A stretch of 64,000 bases of DNA from Eledone cirrhosa. Lineage: Eukaryota. The notes under the pieces are model-generated. The model saw only the letters and a program-made list of their open reading frames with translations, had not been told where the DNA came from and ran no database searches. The translations under genes and the position numbers were made by a program. The stretch is taken from assembly GCA_964016885.1 (NCBI GenBank), contig OZ024747.1, positions 20,460,001 through 20,524,000 on the forward strand. Direction: 5' to 3'. The first letter of the stretch is position 1. Every line of letters starts with the position of its first letter. Shown piece after piece: positions 1 through 13,340 of the stretch.

Positions 1-340
1 CTATCTTTCATGTTTACTTAGGTTACTATTTTCTATTCCATATTGCTGTTTTAGTCTTCTATGATACTAAATTACCATGAGGCAACGATTGCACCGTGTC
101 TTTTCATTTGCTGAGGCTGCTTGCTGTCTATCAGCTTTTACCTCAAAGGAAATGAAAACAAAAACAATTTCGAAAAAGGTTAGAGCTATTAAATGACATG
201 TCCTCAAAGAATTGTGCAAACCTATACATATATGTGTGTGTTATGTACGCCTTTGTTGGATTAGTCAATTTACTTCACCGCTGTGAAGTGCTATATATGT
301 CGGTGGTGTCGATATCCCTATTATTATGTATACCATATTA

Positions 341-559
341 GGGTGGTGGATTGGCAGAATCGGTAGAACGTCGACCACCATGCTTCGCGGCATAGAGTTA
401 CAGCCCTTTGCATTCTGAGTTCAATTCCCACCGAGGTTAGCTTTGCCTTTCATCCTTATGGGGTCGATAAATAAAGCACCAGTAATGTACTGGCGCCGAT
501 TAAACAGACCTTTCCCTCCCTTTCAAATTGCTGGCCTTTTGCCTAAAGTAGAAACAACT
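341..559 (+). mobile_element. tRNA-derived SINE, full-length copy
   Basis: A-box-like TGGCAGAATCGG, B-box-like GAGTTCAATTCC, central CTTTGCCTTTCATCCTTATGGGGTCGATAAA, 3' end GGCCTTTTGCCTAAAGTAGAAACAA. TSD TGTATACCATATT at 327-339 and 561-573. Confidence 0.9.
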
Positions 560-879
560 GTGTATACCATATTCTATAGAAAAGTTTTGGCAATGAAGAT
601 TTAAGTGTCATGTGTAAGAGGGTGGCACTTTATCGTAGGTGGATTATTAGTGTCGTTTGGGATTTCTTCTGGGGGGTTGTTTGGTCGGCATTTGGTGCAT
701 GCATTTAGTTGTGTATATATATTTGATTTCTATTGTTAAGGGGCATAATTATTAGTGTTTAATTATGTGGTATCGGTGTGTATGTCTTATTCTGCATGTT
801 AATTGTGTTTGCATTATCTGGAAGTTTGTGGTTTGTCTATTCCTGTGTACTACTAAAATCAAATAGTATTACCCTGCGT

Positions 880-1790
880 GGTCGTAAACGGGCTTCAGAT
901 TGAGATACGGGTTACTTATCCTGTATTTACATAATTTAAATTTTTCGCTCTTTCTGTTGTGCTATTGTTCATTAGCAAACAGTATTCATATGATCACCTA
1001 TGAGCAGAAGTTGCATGGATAGCATTCCCAAAGTGCTGTTTGATCTTCGTCAAAATAATCCATTACAAATTGAATGATGTATTTCTCATAATTCTCATAC
1101 GTAGGTCGACAACAACGCTGCTGTTTTCAGGGTTGTATTTCTAAAGATGTGTTGCTGCTATTAAAAACTTGTTTTGAAGTCATAAGTCGTGAGACGTATA
1201 TAAGCATCCTTAGAGTAGCTTATTGTGATACTGCACTTGTATACAAGATATTTTCACAGCTTGTAATGTTGAGTGGGCAGATATTTCGGTTTAAGTCTTA
1301 GTCTGTGTCTGTTCAAAAAGAATTGATTATAACTGGCTTCGAAGAGTCGATGTTTCGTGCGAAGTTAAGCGGAGTACTATAAGACATTATAGTATAAGGC
1401 GGTGTATTTACTGAACATCTTATAATAATTGTTTCTACTTTTGGCACAAGGCCAGCAATTACCCAAGTGCATTACTGGTACTTTATTTTATCGACCCCGT
1501 AAGGATGAAAGGTAAAGTTAACCTCGGCGGGATTTGAACTCAGAATGGCAACGGCCGTAACTCTATGCGTCAAAGCATGGCGTCCGACCCTCTACCGATG
1601 CTGCCAATCCACCACTCCTACCTTATAATAATGCTGTTGCAGTGGGAAGTGTTTTGAAAAAATGTAAAAAGGATCGTTAGCAATTAGTATGTCGACTTCA
1701 CCATTGTTTGGAGGGTTGATTCAGGCATACTTACGCGCCCGATAGCGACTGTTAGGTCCTCTATTACTGGAATGATAGTAAACTAGTATC
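880..1790 (-). pseudogene. Degenerate Naiad-like PLE (RT thumb to GIY-YIG), interrupted by a SINE
   Basis: Minus-strand remnants INPPNNGEV, KHFP and LVYKC correspond to WFNPPHNAEV, KHFP and VIYQC of the 31.6-33 kb element. Contains stops and frameshifts. Confidence 0.6.
1426..1612 (-). mobile_element. tRNA-derived SINE
   Basis: Reverse complement of the family sequence, flanked by a TTATAATAAT duplication. Confidence 0.9.
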
Positions 1791-1799
1791 ATGTTGAAT

Positions 1800-1801
<2 letters not shown>

Positions 1802-1886
<85 letters not shown>
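1802..1886. repeat. (TG)n microsatellite
   Basis: Perfect TG tract. Confidence 0.97.
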
Positions 1887-1887
<1 letters not shown>

Positions 1888-1951
1888 TTGCGTGGAGCTC
1901 GGAGTTTCAAACTTACGAAGCGGTGGGAAAATAAATTTATAAATAAATAAT

Positions 1952-2053
1952 TGTTTCTACATTAGGCACAAGGCCAGCAATTACCCAGTGCATTACTGGT
2001 ACTTTATTTTATCGACCCCCTAAGGATGAAAGGCAAAGTCAACCTCGGCGGGA
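1952..2053 (-). mobile_element. 5'-truncated SINE with 17-bp TSD
   Basis: SINE 3' half. ATTTATAAATAAATAAT at 1935-1951 and 2053-2069. Confidence 0.9.
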
Positions 2054-2156
2054 TTTATAAATAAATAATAACAGCAATTACAGTCAGTTGCTATTAGCTT
2101 ATGAAAATCAGGTAAAGACCATTAGAGACAAACATGTTGCCAACGATACATGTATG

Positions 2157-2209
<53 letters not shown>

Positions 2210-2405
2210 CACCACCTGTTTTACCCCTTTTTAATTTCAGTTTATTTTGATCATGCTTTTATATTTAATTTTATTTCATTCCTTGTATTTTGATCATGCT
2301 TTATTTTTATTTTTATTTTTAATTTCATTCGCACCGTTTCCTTTCGCTATATGTCTCTCCACCACTCCCCTACACACCCTTTGAACTCTGTTCCCACACA
2401 CTTCT

Positions 2406-2439
2406 CACCTGAGGAAGGGCTTATGCCCGAAACGTCGTT
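2406..2439 (+). ncRNA. Minimal type I hammerhead ribozyme motif
   Basis: CTGAGGA-a-GGGC-ttat-GCCC-GAAA-CGTC. Stem I is only ~2 bp. Lies in a ~330 bp unit bounded by (TA)n. Confidence 0.65.
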
Positions 2440-3248
2440 CCCCACCACCACCCCACTCTCCAGATCGTGAAATTAATAAACATTCATTGTACTGCCTCTC
2501 TGTTTTGTTCCTGTTCAAATTGTTCCATTATATATATATATATATGGAGACAAACAGAGGGAGAAGGCGGATGAATAGAATCATACACATATATTCTTTA
2601 CCTGCTATTATATTTATGCACGAACATTTTTTTTCTCTTATCAAACATACTTAAAGTCGCATTTCACTAGGCACCACATAACATTCGCACAAACGTAAAC
2701 ACACACCACGAAAGTGTATACACACATGCATATAGTGAGCTGCGTGCAAGAGATATAAGTATTTGTTAATTTGTTTGGTGCCAATGTGACTTCAGATCTG
2801 AAATGTAATAAAGGCAACGATCTATTTCTCATTTGATATACACCAAGAGATAATTAATATCATTTGCCGCCTGTTTTTTTTAGAAAATATGCCATTCCAT
2901 GTTTGGAGTTATAAATATTAATACGGTAATATTGTTTTTACTTTTGTTGTTGTTTAACCATAAGTCAGCCAATGTCAGGCAAAATTATGAACAACATTTT
3001 AAGTGTAAACATCATATCCTGCTTTTTCTATCTCTTTTTTTATTTGCAAGCAATATTTATTGTCTCTAGCACAATCTTATTGAATGTTTAGTTAAGGGGA
3101 GGGAAAAATATATATATATATATATATACAGACACAACAAAAGAGACAAACAGACACTTTATATCTGTTTGACTGTATGCCTGGACACATATATATATAT
3201 ACGCACACATATATAGATGTATATAATATACATACACACACATGTTAT

Positions 3249-3333
<85 letters not shown>

Positions 3334-3338
<5 letters not shown>

Positions 3339-3861
3339 GTAGTTACACAACAGTTACTTCACCATACCGAGAACAATTGTTTCACCTTCGCGGATCTTCA
3401 GCTCGGGATGTGTATGGTTATAGGAACAGGAAGGACAACCGAACGGACGCGCAAGCGCAGAAACTCTTTGGGATAGTTATAAACGCACGTCACCAAACCT
3501 CTATTGCATAACTACAAGGCTCCGGACTGATTCTTTGTAATTTTATTTTTAATTTTTTTATTTTATTTTCAACCAAAAAACTCTCCGGACTTTCTCAGTA
3601 ATCTCCCTTACCCCCCCCCCCCCCCCCCCACGCACGCAGTCTAGTATTGCCTGTGTGAAGTGACCGAGTTTCTAAGCATGCGCGTTCGTACGCAGATCCT
3701 CAGCTCGGGATGTGTAACCATACACATCCCGAGCTGAGGATCTGCGAAGGTGAAACAATTGTACTCGGTATGGTGAACTAACTGTTGTGTAACCACTTCT
3801 ACCTAACTCGTCCCTTGGACGGAGTGGTCTACCACTACGGATATTACCTTCCAGTGTTCCA

Positions 3862-3866
<5 letters not shown>
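3334..3866. mobile_element. Palindromic PLE pLTR-like element with HHR motifs in both orientations
   Basis: 3334-3420 is inverted relative to 3716-3802. HHR at 3729-3768 (+) and 3367-3406 (-). Flanked by (TA)n. The same family recurs at 21640-21830. Confidence 0.75.
3729..3768 (+). ncRNA. Type I hammerhead ribozyme motif
   Basis: CCGAG-CTGAGGA-tctgcgaaggt-GAAA-CAATTG-TA-CTCGG. 5-bp stem I, palindromic stem III ACAATTGT. Confidence 0.8.
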
Positions 3867-3921
<55 letters not shown>

Positions 3922-3999
3922 GGAGGTGAGTTTTATTTTATGTTGATTTAAAACTGAACTATCCACAAGTGTTTTGTAACCTTCATATCATGTCCTCCT

Positions 4000-4068
4000 G
4001 TTTTATCTGATGAAAACGCAAATATTATTGCATGATGATATTTGTTTTTGAAATGCGCATAATAAAAT
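4000..4068 (+). ncRNA. Type I hammerhead ribozyme motif
   Basis: GTTTTAT-CTGATGA-stem II (CAAATATTA/TGATATTTG)-GAAA-TGCGCA-TA-ATAAAAT. Palindromic stem III ATGCGCAT. Confidence 0.8.
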
Positions 4069-4099
4069 ACATCGAACTCTTTTAACCATCTTTTGTTCT

Positions 4100-4158
<59 letters not shown>

Positions 4159-4165
<7 letters not shown>

Positions 4166-4313
4166 CAACGTCTTTCTTTAGCCGTTGCTCGCACCAACCA
4201 GAGGTATATGATCTTTAAAGCGATGAAATTCCAATGAAGGCTGGAAGATCACTGATGAAGGACTAATTTTATTCATATGTAACCCAAATGCAACCACGCA
4301 GCACGCCATTATT

Positions 4314-4353
<40 letters not shown>

Positions 4354-4517
4354 GATAAAATGATAATAATGATGGCTGCACGTTGCAAATGGTGGGGCAT
4401 ATGAAAAAGTAAGTCCTTCATCAGTGACCCTCCAACCGTCCCAGGCATTTCATCGCTTTAAGGGCCATATGCCTCAGGTTGGTGCGAACAACGGCTAAAA
4501 AAAGTCGTTGGGACACG
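4159..4517. mobile_element. Old MITE-like foldback (possibly Tc1/mariner type)
   Basis: Diverged ~140 bp inverted arms (TGTCCCAACG...CGTTGGGACA) around a (TA)n core, with TA at both ends. Confidence 0.55.
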
Positions 4518-4603
4518 TAAACAAAGGGGACGCCAGATACAAATATGATATCTCCATTATTATCAATATTTTTTTCTTTTTGATATTTTTTAATATTTCA
4601 ATA

Positions 4604-4710
4604 ATAATTGTTTCTACATTTGGCACAAGGCCAGTAATTTTATCAGTGCAATACTGGTACTTTATTTTATCTACCCCGTAAGGATGAAAGGCAAAGTTAA
4701 CCTCGACGCG
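4604..4710 (-). mobile_element. 5'-truncated SINE
   Basis: Family 3' half. Confidence 0.85.
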
Positions 4711-4736
4711 ATTTGTCAATAATAATACCAACAATT

Positions 4737-5620
4737 CGGTCTTTGTCTGACGAAAATGGGCGCGTGTTGCTCGAACCCGAGCAGATGTGTGAGGCTTTTC
4801 AGCAGCACTTTGCTTAACAGTTCGGGAGCAGCGGCGGGCCGGATCGAGGTATGGACTTCAGTGCATACCTCGACGGACTGCCTCAGCTCTCGACGACCAG
4901 TGTTGCGAAAAGCTAATAACAGCCGCTGAAATACGGGAAGCGATGGCTAACTGCACGACGGGTTTGGATGGTCTGCTCTACGAGCTTTATGCATTTATGC
5001 CAGACTTGTTCGGTGACCTCTTGGCAGACGTCTACTGCAAGTGGCAACAGAACGGGAGCATTCCCAGTTTTGTGAGCCGGGAAGAAAAGACCCGAATAAG
5101 GGGGATGTTATCGGTAACTTCAGGCCCATAACCCTGCTAAACGCAGAGTTCAAGATTTTGGCGAAGGTGTTAGCAGCAAGGTTGGCGCTTGTCGTCGAGG
5201 GTCTGGTGGGAGAGGCGCAGAACGCGCCATTCCGGACAGATCCATACGCGACAACCTCCACCTCATGCGATACATCGTAGAGAGGGTGGTTAAGGAACCT
5301 GGCACGGGTGGAGCCCTGATCAACTTGGATCAATCCAAAGCATTCGATAGGGTCGACCATTGGTAGCTGGCGGCGGATCTCGAGGCAGCCGGTTTCGGGC
5401 CCGTTTTCAGGGGTTGGATCGCTGCGATGTACAGCGACGTCTGCTCAGTTGTGGGGGTGAACGATGTCGCAGCCGTTCAGCATCATGCGCTCGGTCCGCC
5501 AGTGTTGTTCCCTCTCGTCCCTCTTGTACGTATTGGCTCTCGAGCCGTTACTGCACAAACTGGGGGCAATGAGGGGCGTCCCACGCGAACTAGGATGCGG
5601 GAAATCCGAGTCGGCTTACG
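4737..5620 (+). pseudogene. Decayed Tx1-clade LINE ORF2 fragment (RT N-terminal half)
   Basis: [26 protein letters not shown] and RQCCSLSSLLY, ending at SAY. Colinear with the 13.3-16.7 kb ORF2 and carries many frameshifts. Confidence 0.9.
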
Positions 5621-6940
5621 TTGTTCCCAGCAAGCATGCCTTTTGAAGTGTTCCAAAATGCGTGAAGGGGCCAATTTTCCTTAACCATCCCTGGAAACTT
5701 TTTGAGATAGTACCTAGTGCGCCTATGACAATCGGGACCAGTTTGACTTCAAGGCAGTTCCAAATCCTTTTTACATCCCACTTTAAGTCCTGGTATCGGT
5801 TAATTTTCTCCCTCTCCTTCTCTTGCACTCTCGTGTCGAATGGGCAGGCCACATCCACAATCAGGCACGATGTTTTTTCCTTGTCCAAAACCACCAGGTC
5901 AGATCTATTGTGTTCCAGTTTCTTGTCCGTCTGTATCCTAAAATCCCATAGTACCTTCACCTGATCGTTTTCTATCACCGACTCTGGCTTATGCTCATAC
6001 CACTTCTCAGAATGTGGTAAATTGTTTACTTTGCATAGGTGCCAGTGGATCACCCTGCCCATCACATCATGTCTCCAGCCTTTAGTGTGAGTCTGGGCTA
6101 TGTGTTTACACTCGGATACAATGTGAGCCACAGTCTCCTCTCTCTCTCCACAGATCCTGCACAGTGGGCTAGCCTCCTCTTTGTAAATATGGTGTTTCAG
6201 CCACTTGGTTTTGAGGGCCTTGTCTTGCGCAGCCATTAGCATTCCTTCTGTAGCCTTTTTAAGGTCTCCTCTTTTCAACCAGTTCCATGTCTGTTCTCTG
6301 AATTCCGTTTTCTTAAAGAAGGTACTATGAAGGGATTTTTCATGAAGGTTGCTCTTTCTCCTCGTTGTTATTTCCCCCTTGGACATCCCCTGGTCTATTG
6401 TCCTCTCCTTCAGTACAATTCTGAGCATTGGCTCCTTACTATCGGTCACGTATTTGTGTAGGTTCTTTTTCTCCACCTGAACACAGTCCTCTATGCTGAT
6501 AAGACCTCTTCCACCTTCATATCTCCTTAAGTAGAGTCTATCGACATCACTCCTCTTGTGGAACATGTGGTAGATAGTCAATAGCTTCCTAGTCTTCCTA
6601 TCCATTTCTTTTTGTTCAGCAACATTCCATCTCAGAATTCCCGCACTGTACCTAATAATAGACACAGCTCGGGAATTTACTGCACTTATGGCATTCCTAC
6701 TGTTCAGATGTGACTTTAATAGGCTCCTTACTCTCCGAATATATTCAGATCTTATCAATTCCTTCATTTTTTTGTTCTTGATGTCATCAGCCTCCAGAAT
6801 ACCCAAATACTTGTATCCTTCTTCAGTGTCAATTTCCTTTATCATCTCACATGTTGGTACCTGGATTCCGTTGCTTCTGCTCAATTTACCCCTCTTCATC
6901 ACAAGGACTCCACACTTACTAATACCAAATTGCATACTAT
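5621..6940 (-). mobile_element. R4/Dong-like non-LTR retrotransposon 3' half (RT C-terminus, CCHC, RLE), truncated at both ends
   Basis: Open ~440 aa frame from MQFG. Contains YKYLG, GGRGL, CRICGEREETVAHIVSEC, RHD and NRSDLVVLD...DVACP. Starts next to (TAA)n. Confidence 0.9.
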
Positions 6941-6980
6941 TATTCTTATCATTATTATTATTATTATTAAAAATGATGTT

Positions 6981-8546
<1,566 letters not shown>

Positions 8547-8624
8547 TATATATATATATATAGTGAGTCAAATTGAAGTTACTGTAGTTTCCCCCGAGTG
8601 AGCACTCGTCCTTTTATTACGGTG

Positions 8625-8803
8625 AATTGGCAGTATCGGTAGAGGGTTAGACGCCATGCTTTCTAGCATAGTTATGTCTCTTTACGGTCTGAGTTCAAAT
8701 CCCGTCGAGGTTAACTTTGCCTTTCATCTTTACGGGGTCGATAAAATAAAGTACCAGTAATGCACTGGGTGATTGCTGGCCTTGTGCCAAAAGTAGAAAC
8801 AAT
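8625..8803 (+). mobile_element. tRNA-derived SINE
   Basis: A/B boxes, central domain and family 3' end. Confidence 0.9.
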
Positions 8804-8818
8804 TATATATATATATGC

Positions 8819-8852
<34 letters not shown>

Positions 8853-9437
8853 ATAATAATACATTTGAAAACTAAAATCCAAAGAGTGCTCGATAAGGAT
8901 AAATATATATCAGATATATAAGAACCGTAGAGCAAATATTTATTATTATTTAAGTAGCCATTCTTTGCTTAAACTTTAATCTGTTATTTTAATAAATATA
9001 TATATATAGAGAGAGAGAGAGGGGGAGAGGGGAGAAGGAGAGACGGGGGAGTATAAACTGGAAAGGTCACTTGTGTTTTATATATTGTTGAAGAGATATT
9101 TGAGATGTCTTAAAGAAGATTTTTGAAGATCTTTGTAAGTTGTCTCTATAAAATGTCTTTCGTTGATGGGTTCTGATTCATACTGTTCAAAATGGTGTGG
9201 ATATCATTTCCATAGAAGATCTCTCGAACATATCAGTGTTTCCTCGTTCTTTATGTTTCTCTCTCTCTCTCTTTTTTTTTTTGTTAATTCTAGCTTTCTA
9301 TGTGTTTTTTTTATGTACTATTGAGGTTTTTGAAAATAAAATGATTCAAGGATTTTTTCAAAGATATACGGATATTTAAGTCGATCTATCAGTATCATGT
9401 TTTAGATTATAAACATGATATTTATATGGTATATTAT

Positions 9438-9871
<434 letters not shown>

Positions 9872-9924
9872 TATTTATTTATATATATATGCATGTATAT
9901 ATGTTTGTAGATATTTATATTATG

Positions 9925-9973
<49 letters not shown>

Positions 9974-10298
9974 GTGTGTGTGTGTGTATATACAAACATA
10001 TATATGTATAAATAGACATATATATAGAGACAGAGAGAGTGAACGGAAGATGGGTGTGAAGAGATACAGAGACAGATAATGTATATATTTGATATTAAGT
10101 TATATATTGCTGAATTCTACATTTATATTCCAGATTATAAACTGGAATTTTCTAATATCTATATTAATCATCAAAATATACTTGTTTCTGTATGTGCGCA
10201 TATATATTTTCTTTATGTTTATACGCTTTACATATATATGCATTCATATATACATATGCCTAGACATATGTTTATATTATCTATAAATATGTGAGTGT

Positions 10299-10337
<39 letters not shown>

Positions 10338-11174
10338 TGTTTGTGTGTGTGTGTGTGTGTGTGCGTGCGCGCGTGTGTGTGTGCGTGTGTGTGTGTGTGT
10401 GTGTGATTGTGTGTGCGTGTGAGTGTGCGCGCGTTACATAGAATAACTGTATTAAATATTTAATGGAAATTCCTTCGTTACAAGTCACCTAAGTATAATA
10501 GATTTTTTCCTCAATGCAGATTCCAGCCTTAGTTGATGTTATTTATCTCCTTTTCCACCTGTAATATTGGCGGTAAATATAAGAATGCTTCTATTCATCA
10601 TTAGTTTTCAGTAAAATATGCAGCCTATTGAGCCAACACTTTTACATGATTCTATGTGACATCTCAACAGTTTGTAAACATCCAGCATATCTCTTTAAAA
10701 TCCATTTTATTATACATAAAAGAAAATGGAAATGGTACATTGGTTAACGATAGTAAATGAAACAAATATATGTTCATATGAGATCATATACAAAATATTT
10801 AATAAGCACATATTTAACCTTCTCGTACAATTATGTTTGAGATATTGCTGACATACCTTTTTTTTCTTCTTTTTTTGCCTTGTGAAATCACATCGGAGCC
10901 ATTTAATTCTTCAATAGTTGGCACAGCATCTAAATAGACTGTAGCAACTGGAACTAAATTATCTTGCTCAAACTGACTACGCACAGTCCTGTCTGCAAAT
11001 CAAACTCGATTTTACGATTATGAGCCGAACACGTTAAAGCATTGAGCCAAGCACCTACAGGTAAATCCGAGATTAAAATCCATACTGAGTTCAGGTTCAA
11101 ACCATGCATTTCAGAGTTCACATATTGTCAAAGATAACTACATGAAGCAAATAATAACAATTATGATAATAATA

Positions 11175-11345
11175 ATGGTTTCTTATATAGGCACAAGGCC
11201 AGCCATTGTTGAGGGGGGGGGGCAAAGTCGATTAAATCGACCCCAGTTCGAGACTGGTACTTTATTTTATCGACCCCGTAAGGATGAAAGGCAAAGTCAA
11301 CCTCGGCGGGATTTGAAGTCAGATCATAAAGGGTCGTAACTATGC
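11175..11345 (-). mobile_element. SINE (5'-truncated)
   Basis: Family 3' two-thirds, ending at (TAA)n. Confidence 0.85.
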
Positions 11346-11400
11346 TGATAATAATAATAATGATAACAATAATGATGATAATAATAATAATAATAATAAT

Positions 11401-12840
11401 AGTGATATATGTATGCAGTTTGGTGTTGGTAAATGTGGAGTCATTGTGATGAGGAGGGGTAGGTTGAGCAGAAGTAACGGGATCCAGATACCAACAGGTG
11501 AGATGATAAAGGAAATTGACTCTGAGGAAGGATACAAGTATTTGGGCGTTCTGGAGGCTGATGGCATAAAGAACAAAAAAATGAAGGAATTGTTAAGAAC
11601 TGAATACATTCGGAGAGTAAGGAGCGTATTGAAGTCACATCTGAACAGCAGAAATGCCATAAGCGCAGTAAATTCCCGAGCTGTGTCCATTATTAGGTAC
11701 AGTGCGGGAATTCTGAGATGGAATGTTGCTGAACAAAAAGAAATGGATAGGAAGACTAGGAAGCTATTGACTATCTACAACATGTTCCACAAGAGGAGTG
11801 ATGTCGATAGACTCTACCTAAGGAGATCTGAGGGTGGAAGAGGTCTTATCAGCATAGAGGACTGTGTTCAGATGGAGAAAAACAACCTATACAAATACGT
11901 GACCTATAGTAAGGAGCCAATGCTCAGAGCTGTACTGAAGGAGGGGACAGTAGGCCAGGGGATACCCAAGGAGGAAATAACATCAAGGAGGAAGAGCAGC
12001 CTTAAGGGAAAATCCCTTCATAGTACCTTCTTTGAGAAAACTGAATTTAGAGATCCACAGACATGGAACTGGTTGAGAAGAGGAGACCTCAAAAAGGCTA
12101 CAGAAGGAATGCTAATGGCTGCGCAGGAGCAGGCCCTCAAAACGAAGTGGTTGAAGCACCATATCTACAAGGAGGAGGCTAGCCCACTGTGCAGGATCTG
12201 TGGAGAGAGAGAGGAGACTGTGGCTCACATTGTGTCCGAGTGTAAACACCTAGCCCAGACCCACTATAAGGGCTGGAGACACGATGTGATGGGCAGGGTG
12301 ATCCACTGGCACCTGTGCAAAGTAAACAATCTACCACATTCTGAGAAATGGTATGAGCATAGGCCAGAGGCGGTGATGGAGAACAGTCAGGTGAAGGTGC
12401 TGTGGGATTTTAGGATACAGACGGACAAAAAACTGGAACACAATAGACCTGACCTGGTGGTTGTGGACAAAGAAAAAAGATCGTGCCTGATTGTGGATGT
12501 GGCCTGCCCGTTCGACACGAGAGTGCAAGAGAAGGAGAGGGAGAAAATTAACCGATACCAGGACCTAAAGTGGGAGGTGAAAAGGATTTGGAACTGCCAT
12601 GAAGTCAAAGTGATCCCGATTGTCATAGGCGCACTGGGGACTATCTCCAAAGGTTTCCAGGGATGGTTAAAGAAAATCGGCCCCTTCACGCTTTTTGGAA
12701 CGCTTCAAAAGGCATGCTTGCTTGGAACGGCAAGAACCCTCCGATACGTCCTGAATATCTGAGGCTGCAGGTAGTGGCTTGATATTCAATCCAACGGACT
12801 TTCCAGTTAACCAACATCAATGACTCAGATTCAAGGAATA
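11401..12840 (+). mobile_element. R4/Dong-like RLE non-LTR retrotransposon, 5'-truncated, inserted in (TAA)n
   Basis: ORF 11413-12762 plus a short 3' UTR, with (TAA)n on both sides. Confidence 0.9.
11413..12762 (+). CDS. RT C-terminus, CCHC zinc knuckle and restriction-like endonuclease (partial)
   Basis: 449 aa uninterrupted. YKYLG, GGRGL, C-x2-C-x8-H-x4-C, RHD, NRPDLVVVD..DVACP, K..RYQDL. Confidence 0.9.
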   Translation: MQFGVGKCGVIVMRRGRLSRSNGIQIPTGEMIKEIDSEEGYKYLGVLEADGIKNKKMKELLRTEYIRRVRSVLKSHLNSRNAISAVNSRAVSIIRYSAGILRWNVAEQKEMDRKTRKLLTIYNMFHKRSDVDRLYLRRSEGGRGLISIEDCVQMEKNNLYKYVTYSKEPMLRAVLKEGTVGQGIPKEEITSRRKSSLKGKSLHSTFFEKTEFRDPQTWNWLRRGDLKKATEGMLMAAQEQALKTKWLKHHIYKEEASPLCRICGEREETVAHIVSECKHLAQTHYKGWRHDVMGRVIHWHLCKVNNLPHSEKWYEHRPEAVMENSQVKVLWDFRIQTDKKLEHNRPDLVVVDKEKRSCLIVDVACPFDTRVQEKEREKINRYQDLKWEVKRIWNCHEVKVIPIVIGALGTISKGFQGWLKKIGPFTLFGTLQKACLLGTARTLRYVLNI

Positions 12841-12864
12841 ACAATAACAATAATAATAATAATA

Positions 12865-13050
12865 ATGATTTCTGATTTAGGCACAAGGCCAGCAATTTGA
12901 AGGGAAAGGGAAAGTTGATGAAATCGACTCCAGTGCATTACTGGTACTTTATTTTATCGACCTCCTAAGGACGAAAGACAAAGCTAACCTCGGCGGGATT
13001 TGAACTCAGAACGTAAAGGACCGTAACTCTATGCTACGAAGCAGGGTGTC
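12865..13050 (-). mobile_element. SINE
   Basis: Family sequence; the 3' end reads CCTTGTGCCTAAATCAGAAATCATTATT. Confidence 0.88.
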
Positions 13051-13092
<42 letters not shown>

Positions 13093-13340
13093 TTTCTTTA
13101 TTAACCACAAGGGTTTACATAAAGTAGACATTAAGGACAGTGCAGGACAATGCAGGACGGTACAAATGGGCATTTCTGCGTGTAAAAAACAAAAACAGAG
13201 GATGTAACAAAAAATAACAATGAAAAATTCCCCAATAGGGGGCAGACTTCGGAGGGACATTTGTGGAGAAAGCCCAGTAAAAAGCCACAATGACCCTGAC
13301 CACCAAGGCAAGTGCCCTCTCCCAGTTTTCCACCTTTAAT

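Noticed and set aside
341-440. SINE heads as tRNA genes
   Set aside because: A/B boxes are present, but there is no full cloverleaf and each is joined to SINE body, tail and TSD.
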